A stretch of 64,000 nucleotides of DNA from NCBI GenBank assembly GCA_951406725.2, contig OX597823.1, positions 104,532,001 through 104,596,000 of the forward strand, read 5' to 3'. Position 1 is the stretch's first letter; each line of letters starts with the position of its first letter. The notes below the pieces were generated by a model. The model had not been told where the DNA came from. It saw only the letters and a program-made list of their open reading frames with translations, and ran no database searches. The stretch comes from Octopus vulgaris. Its lineage: Eukaryota. Below, one piece after another: positions 27,040-38,180 of the stretch. The position numbers were made by a program, and so were the translations under genes.

Positions 27040-27509
27040 TAAGTAAAAAATAATGAAATTATTGTATACAGTGCTCAGGTGCACCACAACTTGTCAAAAG
27101 TGCATATAAAGCATATGCAATAATGTACAAATGTCTGGGAAGTGAACAGTGTATGAGTCAGATACATGCTTGCGTGTGTATGGAGGGGAGAAAATCAGGT
27201 GTAGTGTTGGCGAATCTCAGGAAGCATGGAAGTTTTGAAGGATTCAGTGCTCCGACAACTAACAACTGATGCCGGCAGTTTGTTCCATACTTCAGCAACT
27301 CTTAGCGGGAAAAAATGTTTCCGAAAGTCATGGAAAGATCTGTGCTGTTTTCTGACTTTGTAAACATGTCCACGAGTGTTAGACAGGTGGAGTTTGAAAA
27401 GGTGCTCAGAGTTATTGTTTGTAAGATGGTTAATAATTTTATGGGTGTCTGCCAAGTCAGCTGCCAGACAACGTCGGAGTTTCAATGTATCCAATGTATC
27501 CATGCCCAT
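27040..27509 (-). mobile_element. CR1-like LINE 3' fragment
   Basis: LDTLKLRR...TRGHVYKV...FRKHFFPLRVAEVWNKLPASVV, a typical CR1 ORF2 C-terminus. Confidence 0.85.
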
Positions 27510-27612
27510 GATGAGGAGGTGTGTGTGTATGTAATAAGAAATATCTAACCACTGACTTCACCATTGTTTCCATGCTGCTGCTATACATTCAGTGTTCATT
27601 GTTTGCTTTCAG

Positions 27613-27717
27613 TTAAAAGTCTCAGACCAGTCCTTCTCCCTGGGAGCATTTTTAGGCAAGGATCCAGATGATGTCAAACAGCAAAAACAGATCAAGCTGG
27701 AAAAAAATATTCATGAG
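27613..27717 (+). CDS. SNX30: SNX7/30 exon (BAR tip)
   Basis: tttcag|TTA...GAG|gtacat; 105 nt; LKVSDQSFSLGAFLGKDPDDVKQQKQIKLEKNIHE. Confidence 0.85.
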
Positions 27718-28711
27718 GTACATTTCTGTGTGTGTGTGCAATTTGCAAAGCTTTAGCATCAAAATAAAGTGTGTGCCAATGTGACTGTGTACATATGCAT
27801 GTGACACACACACACGTTAATAAAGATTTCACTTAGGCTTCCTGCTGTTTCCACTATATGATGTAGTTCACTCTGAGCTGAGTGCTTGTGCATCACCTAA
27901 TAGTTTCCTCAGAGCCTTTAAGCTTTGAGTGCACTGCATCTTATAGCAGAAACAGTTGTAAGCTTATGAACCGATTATGTAATATCTGTTCCAGTGTCAT
28001 TCCTTTACACACACACACACGCACACACACGTGTGTGTCTTTATATCTTTCACTGTGATTTGGCAAAGAATATAAATATTGATGAAAACCCCATGTTCTT
28101 TGAGTGAAGTTCACCAAGTTATTGCTTTGACTGTTATTGTTGTAGATGCTGTGATGTAATGTTTGGTCTCTTGGAAATTTGCAACCAAGAATAGGAAATG
28201 AGATCCTCATTGTTTAACATCCACTGTTCCATGCTTGCATGGATCAGCTGGAATTTGTTGAGGCAAATTTTTTCTGTGGCTGTATGCCCTTCTTGTTGCC
28301 AATCCTCACTGGTTTCCAAGCATGGTGATTTTTCCCATGACCAGAAAAGTTGTCCACAGAAGACAGGAAACAAACACTGTCGCTTATGTGACAGTAATAC
28401 TTGTTTGTAATCATCATGTGATGTCAAATGAAGGGTACACATGAACACACATAATGGGGGCTTCTTTCAGTTTCTGTCTCCTAAATCTGCGCAAAAGGTT
28501 TGGCTTGCTCAAGACTATAATAGAAAACACTTTCTCAAGGTGCTATGTAGTGGGATTGAACTCAAGACCACCTGCTTCATAACCACACAGCTGTGCCTGT
28601 GTCTAAAATCCACACCTATAGTCACATCTGTGCTATAAAATAAAAAGAAATTAAAAAAAGAAATTGTAATTTGTTTATGCCCTGTCTGTGATTCCATTCT
28701 CTGTTTTGTAG

Positions 28712-28864
28712 CTTACTCAAAATGTGGAAATCCTCAATGACAAATCTGCCTGTGCTAATGCTGATTTGAAGGCTGATATGGAGCGCTGGCATAAGACCAA
28801 ACATAGGGACTTGAGAGAAATTTTCGTTGCTCTTGCAGACAAGCAAGTTGAACGGTATGAAAAG
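28712..28864 (+). CDS. SNX30: SNX7/30 exon (BAR helix 3)
   Basis: ttgtag|CTT...AAG|gtaagc; 153 nt; LTQNVEILNDKSACANADLKADMERWHKTKHRDLREIFVALADKQVERYEK. Confidence 0.92.
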
Positions 28865-29862
28865 GTAAGCATGCTGTGCAGAATTCTCCTTCGTCCAGTG
28901 CAAAATTCCCTTACTACCTGTGTCAATTTTGTAACGTTTTAGTATTTTCTTGTAAGACAGTGTGTCAGCTTTGTTGGTGTTTAAACTTAGTCAAGTTGTG
29001 ATCCACTATGATCCAGCTGGTTAAAGGCTTCCAACAAGAATTATCTCAGTGTATGTAGGATTACGTTATCTAATACAAACTACCACTTTTTTTTAAATGG
29101 TGTCGTATTAAGGACATTTGTGTGCAATTTCCATCAGGACAGGCAACTGCATGTACTGGTTTATGCACAAAAAATATGCGTTATGAGCAAGGGAGATTTA
29201 TGTTCAACAAGGGATCGAATTCTGTTTGTGAATAAACTTATCTCCCTTTCACATTTTAAGAGAATTGAGGAATTTCATTCTTATTTCTATTTTTACATTA
29301 TTTTAGTTGTGTCAAATATATATTCACTGTATAATTCTGATGCTATTATCAATTGTACATGTAGGGTTACTATAGTGCAGTCATTTGTATATTTATGTTG
29401 TTGTTCATTTGTATATTTACTGTTTGATTTAAATATGAAATACAGTGTTTTTCTTTTTTTTGTTAACTTGGATGTCCTTTAAAACTCAGTCAACCGTGAA
29501 AGATGATAAACTGAAGTTGAGCAGTGCAAGAAAAATTAATAATAGGAATGTGCATACTGCATGCATAGTGTGCAGTCATCACAAGATGTTGGCCATATTT
29601 GGCAACATGATGTTTAACCTTATCTAATATTTAGCTTTTTAGCTGAGACACTAGCTACTAGCCCCTAGTGCCTCATTGCACACCTCACCAGTCTTGATAT
29701 GATCCCTTACTGTGATGTCTACTATTACATCACATTTCTTTTTGTTTGTTAGTCAGTGTTTCAGGTGATAGGAAATGTGAAGGAAATATAAAATGCCATT
29801 CGTAGCAAAGCGAATCCAAGACAAACTGTTGTTCAGTAATTCCCTTTTTCTGTTGTTTCCAG

Positions 29863-30192
29863 TGTCTCCATGCCTGGGAAGATGCCATCCGTAGAATTCA
29901 AGCCAACGCTGATATTACGAAGCCCACTTGTGATGAGATTCAGACGATTGGTGAAGTAAGGGATTCCATGTCTCCCCAGTTGACCCCTTCTCACGTGATG
30001 TCAGTGGACACCGATGGCGATACAGGTGCTGAGGCAGCGTGTGTTGATGCTGATGCCGATGGGGATCACCCAGCCGTTCCTCCGCTTCCTCCCAAAGACG
30101 TCTACGAAGGAAGTGCGAAAGGAGACGGGGGGGACACCTCCACTGCCAACAACACCGGCAACAACAACAACAACAACAGGAGCAGTACATGA
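29863..30192 (+). CDS. SNX30: SNX7/30 terminal coding exon
   Basis: ttccag|TGT CTC CAT GCC TGG GAA (CLHAWE, end of BAR) continues in frame through an acidic tail to TGA at 30190-30192. Confidence 0.87.
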   Translation, partial: CLHAWEDAIRRIQANADITKPTCDEIQTIGEVRDSMSPQLTPSHVMSVDTDGDTGAEAACVDADADGDHPAVPPLPPKDVYEGSAKGDGGDTSTANNTGNNNNNNRSST

Positions 30193-31954
30193 AAGCCAAA
30201 ATGAAGCGGGGACATAAGGAATCACTCATCTCTTTTACTATTTAAATTATTCCATAATAATTATCTCCATTTCACTCCCACCCACCCCTATTTTCTCTGA
30301 TCCTATGAAAGGGTCGATAACTTCTCAGGTGGTCCCTGTTCTCTTACATATATTAAAAAAGACCCCTAGGGACCTACAGCAGCTGTTGATGATGAAATTG
30401 ATGCAATATAATCGACCGTTCATAGAGCAGAGACTGAAATATATTATTTTAGAAGTCCTAACTCATCATCATCATGTACATCATCACTATCATCATCATC
30501 ATCATTATAATCATTATCTCTATCATCTGATCTGTTCAGTATACACCATGATCTCATTTCAATATGGCTTCAGTTACCACATGTCAAAGGTGTATTTGTG
30601 TGTGAGTGCAATTATAACTGCAGTCTGATGTGCACAGGTGTTTAATTATGTGGTTGTGTAGCACATAAGATGTCTTGTCATCTGTTCTCTTTCTCTCACT
30701 GATAATTATAGTTGTGTAGTTGTGGTGAGCACGTGTGTGTGTGCTACACACTTTATGCATTGTTAAACACAGTAAGATGAGATATATTTATTTGCAATTT
30801 TTTTTCTTATTGTATGGAAAGAAGGGCATTATCCATACTCCCAAGGAAGGGCATTTCATATCAGAGATAAAATGGAATTTTTTTTTTGTAGATTGAAGTT
30901 TGGAAAAATTGGAGGTTAGTGCATGAACAGAAAGAGTGAGTGAGATAACGATAGAGAAAGTTCTATTGGATGGAGGCACCAGTCTTTTGGACAAAGGACC
31001 ATATGCAGAGTTTTAATGCAGGGTATGGAGAAATGACAGGCTGTTCTCTCTTTCTCCTCTCTGAAATCTCTATAGTTACAGGTGCTGATGTCCTAAAGAT
31101 GCTATCAGATAATTCCCCCCTTTTTCAAAAAGTTAGTTTCATTTGTCAAATCAAGTATTTGCTGATGTTGTATCTTATTATTACAATTCAATATTGTTCA
31201 GAGTTGGATCAAATGCTGTGGAGGCCAGAGGCCAGTGGATGGTAGACTTAAAAAAAACAACAAAATCTATGACCTGGCTTAACACTACCATTAGTCCCTG
31301 GGGCATTTAGCAGTGTCCACCTTGTTACAAGATTTTAGGCCAGATCTCAAACCATCTACTTATCTTCTTCCCACCAGTCTGAGAGATTGTAAGAAGCGTT
31401 TCAATAGATGTCTGCCCTTCTTCGTCTAAGTTCTTTAAAGTTCACATTCCATTTTCAAATAACAGTTGTAGTCATTTTACTTCAGTTAAGTTTAAGTTGG
31501 CTCATGGAAAAGGCATAAATGTTACAACATCCTGTTTACTTTTGTCTTGTATAAATTTTAGGTTTTGTGCTTAGTCAAAAGAAATGACTGTGTTGGGCTG
31601 TATACTTTAGTCCATCTAGTTTCATATTTCAATGTTGACTCTTTCTCCTGGGTCCACCAGTCTTATCTACTTGTCCTACTGGAGTTGACCTTTCCTGCTG
31701 ACCTGTTGCCCTGTTGAGGTCAATCTTTCTTATCTTCCCCTTTCTTGACTGACATTGAATCTTGCTGTTATCTCTCTACCTTATTACGGTTAATTTTGAT
31801 GTCAATGAGGCAAAGATCAATGATTTAAGGAAGTTGTTATCTATCCACCTTCTTACAAAGTGCAATCCTACACTTAGTAAGAAATGGAATCTTTTTGTTT
31901 TTTAATGTTACTGCCATTAGAACTAGTTGATCACCAAGGGTATATAACCACCCG

Positions 31955-31988
<34 letters not shown>

Positions 31989-32392
31989 ATAATTATAGCG
32001 ATAGAAAATATGGAGACTGGTATATCCTCAAAATTTATGTCCCTTTCATTTTATGGTATGTCATACAGCATATTTTTAAGGTTTTTTATATATATATATA
32101 TAAACTTCTTTCAAATAGCTGTAGTAAATGAACCAATTTCCATCTGTTGAGATATATAGATATGGTTTATAGATGAACCAGATATTCTCTGTACATTTTG
32201 TAGTGCTCAAGAGGTTTAAACTTGAGCAGGTAAAGGAGTAGATGTAAGGAGAAGCAAGTGAGGCAGGTCGATGTACAGACAATATTAAATACATTTAATA
32301 CAAAAAATGTACGTATGTATACAAAGAAGTCCGACTTACACAGAATAGAAATGATATCAAGAATTAAAGGGGTTGAAGAAGAGTTTTACAAG

Positions 32393-32483
32393 TCCAACAG
32401 CTGTTTATGGGAGCTCGTTGGTCCAGAATAATGATTGTAACTTGACTCGATCATCGGATAACATCAGCCTCCGTCTTCAGGGA
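32393..32483 (-). ncRNA. Degenerate type I hammerhead-ribozyme-like motif
   Basis: TCC-CTGAAGA-c-GGAGGCT...AGCTCC-ca-TAAA-CAGCTG-TT-GGA: palindromic stem III; GAAA box reads TAAA. Confidence 0.5.
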
Positions 32484-32653
32484 AGAAGTATTACATTTGA
32501 GGTGTTGTCAGAAAGGAGATTAAGGATGGAATATATATATATATATATATATATATGTTATGTTATGTTATGTTAGAAGAAAAATCAAAACCAAGGTAGA
32601 ACGAGTATCTCAAGTCATTTAGAATAATGCAGTAAGGGTAAGGTGAATTTGAA

Positions 32654-32727
32654 GTCTTAGCCGTTTCTGGGATAGCCCAAGTGGTTGGTTAGCTTGTCCA
32701 TGCACTGGGTATTCCGTCATCAGAGAC
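32654..32727 (-). ncRNA. Type I hammerhead-ribozyme-like motif (Penelope-like element remnant)
   Basis: GTCT-CTGATGA-c-GGAATACCCAGTG...CACTTGGGCTATCC-ca-GAAA-CGGC-TA-AGAC: core boxes in order, stem I GTCT/AGAC, long stem II, minimal stem III. Confidence 0.6.
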
Positions 32728-35249
32728 AAGGTATGAATATTTTAGACAGGGAAAATTCACAGTTTACAAGGAATAGAATTCACAGTTTATAAGGAATAAA
32801 ATAGAAGAATAAAGAGTAAAAGTGGTCAGAAGAACATAGGCAGGAGAATAATGCTCATAACACCTCTTTTTCCAGAGGATGTGGGTGTTGGCTGGTACTT
32901 CCATGAAGGTAGAGGGTTTTAGTTAAAATCCCAGGTAAACCCAAACAGTATTTCGCCAGTATTCTGAATATTGTATTTGTGTATTGCCTATTATCCAAGT
33001 GAAAGTCAAGTTCTAAGAGTAACTTCCATCCTTCTGGGGCAGATGAATTTTATCAGGTTTAGAGATTTAATCTTCAGATGTCTTTAGTGGAGTCCACTTT
33101 GTTGTAAGCATTTGAGTGAGGTCTCTTCCTCTTTCCCATCAGCCTTGAAAGTACAGCAAAGGACCATAAGGCACTGCTTGTTTCCTTTGTGTGTTTGCGG
33201 GGAGGGGGGTACACTTGCTGGCTAATTCGTTGAGCAAGCAATTCAGTTAATCAAATAACTGAATACCCTCTGCCATTACTAATAGACCCGTTTTTAGGTG
33301 GGTTTGCAATAAATACAGTTTTCTCTCACTTCTCATTTGTGTTTGTATTCACATTTAGTTTGACCTACAACTATTGTTGTTAATTCAGTCTGAGTTCAAT
33401 CTTTGGAACCATTTTAATTAGAATAATTATAAATACATGCTCACATGCATTATCATAAGGAACAGTCATTAATTAGTAATAAAAAGGTTGGTTTGATCAT
33501 TTCCAGTGCTTACAAGGTCAGATATAAGTCATTTTGTGTTCAATATAGTGAAGAAGAAGAAGAATATTTTATGTTAACTAATATTGTTTGGCTGAGAGCA
33601 AGCAGGGAAGACAACTTTCTGCATTATTAGGCTCAAATCCTTTGCTCCCTATGCGGAATAGGCCATTGGCAAGTTTTCTCCACTGTTCTCAGCTCTGGGT
33701 AGAACTGCTCTTTCAGTTAGGGCCACCCTCATCGTATGTTTTCTTGAGGTGATGGTCTTGTTGAGTTTGAATTTCCATTGATGCTTCTGCAACTTTGCTT
33801 GTTTTCTAGGTAAAGGTTTTGGTTCTATGCAAATTCTGGGGAGTGGTTTGTCCCTATTACTTGAGCTTCTATTCTTTAATCTGTCTCAGCAGCTTCTGTT
33901 CTGCTGGCATAGCTTTCAGAGTCACAGAAAACATGCCATTTCACTGCAGCAAGGACTGGGCTTTGTGCTGGATTATAATATTTCTTCCTACTCTGCTTAT
34001 ATCTGAACCGTTTTTTTTTATTGCTTAATTATGTGTTCAGCGTCCTTTTATAATTAAATTATCAATTAATGCTACCAGGCTCGTTAGATCATTAGACAAA
34101 ATGCTTTGTGGTATTTGTTCTAGCTCTTTGTACTGAGTTCAAATTCCATCAAGGTCAATTTTGCTTTTCATCTCTTGGGGTTGATGAAATACTTGTCAAG
34201 TACTGGGGTTGACAGTATTGACTAATCTTGTTGCCATGTTTTATTTCAAGCCCCCTTTTTCTACCTCTGGAATATAGACTGTTGACCCTTTTTCTTCACT
34301 GTGCTCCACCCTGGGCTGTCTTTCCTGCTTCTCTCCAGTTGTATCCTTGCGCTTTCTTTTTGGATCTTGCTGATCATTCATTTCCCTGAAGGAGGGCCTT
34401 CCTCTCCCACATCTTGGTTTTGAATCTTCATTGATGCCTCTAAAACTTTGCTTTTTTCTAGATAGGAATGTTGGACTTATGCATTTTTATTTATGGGAAG
34501 AGGCAGTCCATATAAGTTCGGCTTCTATTTGACTTGTCCCGCATGTGAGGCTCGACCAGGAGCTTGAACTCAACTGGCATAGCTCTTAGGCTCATAAGCC
34601 ACAACACTGCAATAAGGACTGGATCTTGTGGTGACTAACATTGCCCTACTAAATCTCTAGCCTTTTTACCTATGTGAGAAATATTCTTACTCTTGCAGAT
34701 GGTGGAAGAAATTCTCTTTAGATTGTAGAAACGATCAAACTTAACAGAAACTTTTAGTCATAATCAATTTCTTAATCTGAACCCTGTTTTTTATTGCTTA
34801 ATTATGTGGTCAGTATCCTTTTATAATTAAATTGTTAATCAATGCTACCAAGCTCGTTAGAGCATTAGACAAATTTTATTATTATTATTATTTGATTTAG
34901 TGATCAGGTGTAGCTCTGATAAAAAACAGACTACTTATTGAAGGAAGTCTAATTCTTACAAAAAAAACAACATAGAAACGCTTTACTCTGTCTTGTAACT
35001 ATATTTCTAATGTGTTGACAGCCTGTGTTTCAGTTAATTTTCAAGATAATTAGGATTTTGAGTGGGGTTTAGCAAACAAAAAAAATATATATATGTATAT
35101 AGATATGTCATAAATGACAAAGAAATGGTTTGATGAAATTTTATTTAACAATAAGAAAATTCTAATATCACATTTTCTCTTGTATCGTACTATATAGTCT
35201 GTATTCTTTGTATAATGATACATTGAGCTTTTTTTATGAGTGGTACTGG

Positions 35250-35620
35250 ATTACTTGTGGTAAGAAGCTTACTTCCCAACTGCATGGTTTAGGGTTCAGT
35301 CCCACTCTGTGGCACCTTGGGCAAGTGTCTTCTACTATAGACTCGGGCTGACCAAAGCCTTGTGAGTGGATTTGGTAGATGGAAACTGAAAGAAGCCCAT
35401 CGTATATTCATATATATAATGTTTGTGTGTGTCTGCATTTGTGTCCCTCCACCCACTAACGTTTGACAACTGATGTTGGTATGTTTACATTCCTGAAACT
35501 TAGCAGTTTGGCAAAAGAGACTAATAGAATAAGTACAAGGCTTACAAAGAATAAGACCTGGGGTCGATTTCTTTGACTAAAAGTGGTGCTCCAGCATGGC
35601 TGCAGTTAAATGACTGTAAA
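35250..35620 (+). mobile_element. SINE family A, full length
   Basis: Head, core and ggtgctccagcatggctgcag tail are all present. Confidence 0.82.
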
Positions 35621-37563
35621 AAGTTAAAAAATGGAAGAATTTCTATATATAAATCTTGCTGATTGCCCAATTGAAAGTCAAGTTATAAGAAAGTCTTCCA
35701 TTCTTCTGGCGTTGACAAAGTACCAAGTTTGGCGATTTAACCTACCACCTAATTCACCACCACCACCACCACCTGGCTCTTGGATGCCTTTAGTGTTGTA
35801 AGCACTTGGGAGAGGCCTATTCCTCCTTCCCATCAGTCTTGAAGGCTCTGTGAAGGACCGTAAGGAATTACTTGTTCCCTTTAAGAAACAAGTATGAGGA
35901 AATGGTTAAAATAAGGAAATATTAAAAATTTTTTGTGTAGGGGACACCACGAAATAAGACAATTAAAAAAAAAAAGAATTTATATAATACAGTTATTTTG
36001 GAATCCTATTTTTCTGTCGAATTTTGTGTATACGTTTCTTACTCTAATATTTTTTCACAAGTTATCACCTCGTCCTTTCTTTTGTTTTCTGCACCAAATT
36101 ATTAATACTCTTTCGGTGCAGTCAAGGTACGTAACTCTGCTTACCTCACCCTGACAACATTGCATTCACTCTATGCTGTCGGATCATATTTGTAGTTAAT
36201 ATACAAAACACTTCCTTGAGTTCAGTCGGCATTTGAGAGTATATTCAAAATGTTTAGCGAATAGATTTTTCATTTTGTTAAAAGTAAACAGTTTAAGAAA
36301 TAACAATGGATGTGTATTATTTTAATCTTGAGTTGCAAACTTTGAATTGTGATGGGAGAAATTTTTTTCTGTCCATTCCGTTTTCCATCTTCTCCACCTG
36401 CTGTTCCTGGCAGTGTCATGAAGATAGTCCCCAGGTACCTCCTCCATAGGATCCTATCAGAAGCAACTTTCATAAGACTTTCCAGCTGGATTCCCAAGTG
36501 TGAATAACTGACACTATGGATATTATCCAATCATCTCTGTCTTAATCTATCCCTGGGTCTCCTGCAGGTTGGTTCGGCTTAAAGAATCTGTCTTGGAATT
36601 CTTTCCTGCAACGTGTTTGTAATACCTCTCACAACATTGAAGTCGAGGGTATCGTCTGATGACCTCTCTGCCAAATTTGCTGGCCTTGTGACTAAATTAG
36701 AAATTATTTTGCTATATCCATAAAGTAATTAGTTCAGGATTAAGAGTATTCATTTAATGGGTAATTAAACAGTGGACGCTTAGGATGCAAAACGTTATCA
36801 TCTACATATCAGATAGTGTGGGGCCAGGGGTGGATTGACAGAATCAGATGAGCGTTTGATGAAATACCAGGATGTTTGGTTAAGTTGTGAGTTTAATTCC
36901 AACTTGGGTCAAATTTGCCTTTCCTAGTATCAAGTATGAAAATACTGTCGGTCGGTGTAGGGATGTAGCCGTCAAAGGTGGTGCCTTGAAATAATTAAAA
37001 GCGTGTCATATGTCTTTGGACTAATGTTCTACAACTAAGTATCTTGTCTATGAAACCACATTCTTGGAGTCGTCTCTTTCTAAATATGTTCAGTCCCAAC
37101 TGTGATGTTTGTGTGTGTGTGTGTGAATATAGGTAAGTAGAGTTATGGTTGAATGGTTAAGAGGTTTGTTTCACAACCACAAGGTCCCAGTTCTGATCCT
37201 ATCGTGTGCCATCTTGGGCAAATGTCTCTACAGCAGCCTGTCAGGTGGATTATTATATGTGTAATTCAGATACAGCCTTGTCACAGATTCTACCTGAGAA
37301 GTACATTGTGTGTGTGGAATGCCTAGCCATTTACATATAATGAGCAGTTCAAATGACAGATTCACACACACATATTATGGATAATACATCGTCAGATGAC
37401 CTCAGATAAAATGTGCATACAATTAGTCTCAGGGTGAATTTGTACCTTATCTCTGGCTGTAAATTCAGTGATGTGGTAGCTGCTTAAATGAGAATCAGCT
37501 ACAGGCAATGCATTGATCAAGCTGGTATAACAGAACAAACCAATAGACCAGTGCAAATATAAA

Positions 37564-38180
37564 TATGAGGGGTGCTGAGAAGTTCTTGGCTTTGAGTAAA
37601 AGAAAATACAGGAGGATCAGTGAATTATGATTTTACTCAACATATTTCCCTCTCAGATTTACGCACTTATTGCAATAGTCTTTCAGTTTTTTGGTAAAAA
37701 GAATTTGGAAGTTTGGGCCTCCAACCAGACCTCTGTAGCAGCAATCACTTCCAAATTGGAGTGAAATTTCGTTCCCTTTAGGTGTTTCTTCAGTTATAGA
37801 AAGAAGTGATAGTCGGAGGGGACCAAGTGAAGAGTGTAAGGTGGGTGATCTACCAATTTGAAGCCAAAGTTGCATATTTTCCACAGAGTTTCCTGTGCTG
37901 GTGCATTGTCCTGCAAAAACAGGACACCAACGCTCAACTGACCATGGCGTTTCTGCCTCAAAACTTCACACAGTTCATCCAACAGAGGCATGTAGTTTTC
38001 TGCAATGATGGTGTGACTCTTTGACAGGAATTTTATGAGGAGTACTCTGTCTTTTGTCCCATGATACTGAAGCCTGAATCTTTCTAGCTGACTCCTGGGT
38101 TCAAAACTTCTTGGGATGTGGTGCCATTTCATTGATTGCTACTTGGTCTGGGTATCAGAATGATGAAGCCAAGCTTGTTT
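37564..38180 (-). mobile_element. 5'-truncated mariner-family transposon
   Basis: WLHHSDTQTK*QSMKW, VLFLQDNAPAQ, DHPPYTLHLVPSDYHFF; terminal repeat tatgaggggtgctgagaagttcttggct at 37564. Confidence 0.85.

Noticed and set aside
30305-30628. His-rich 107 aa ORF
   Set aside because: Derives from a (CAT)n tract just after the SNX stop; no splice or domain support.
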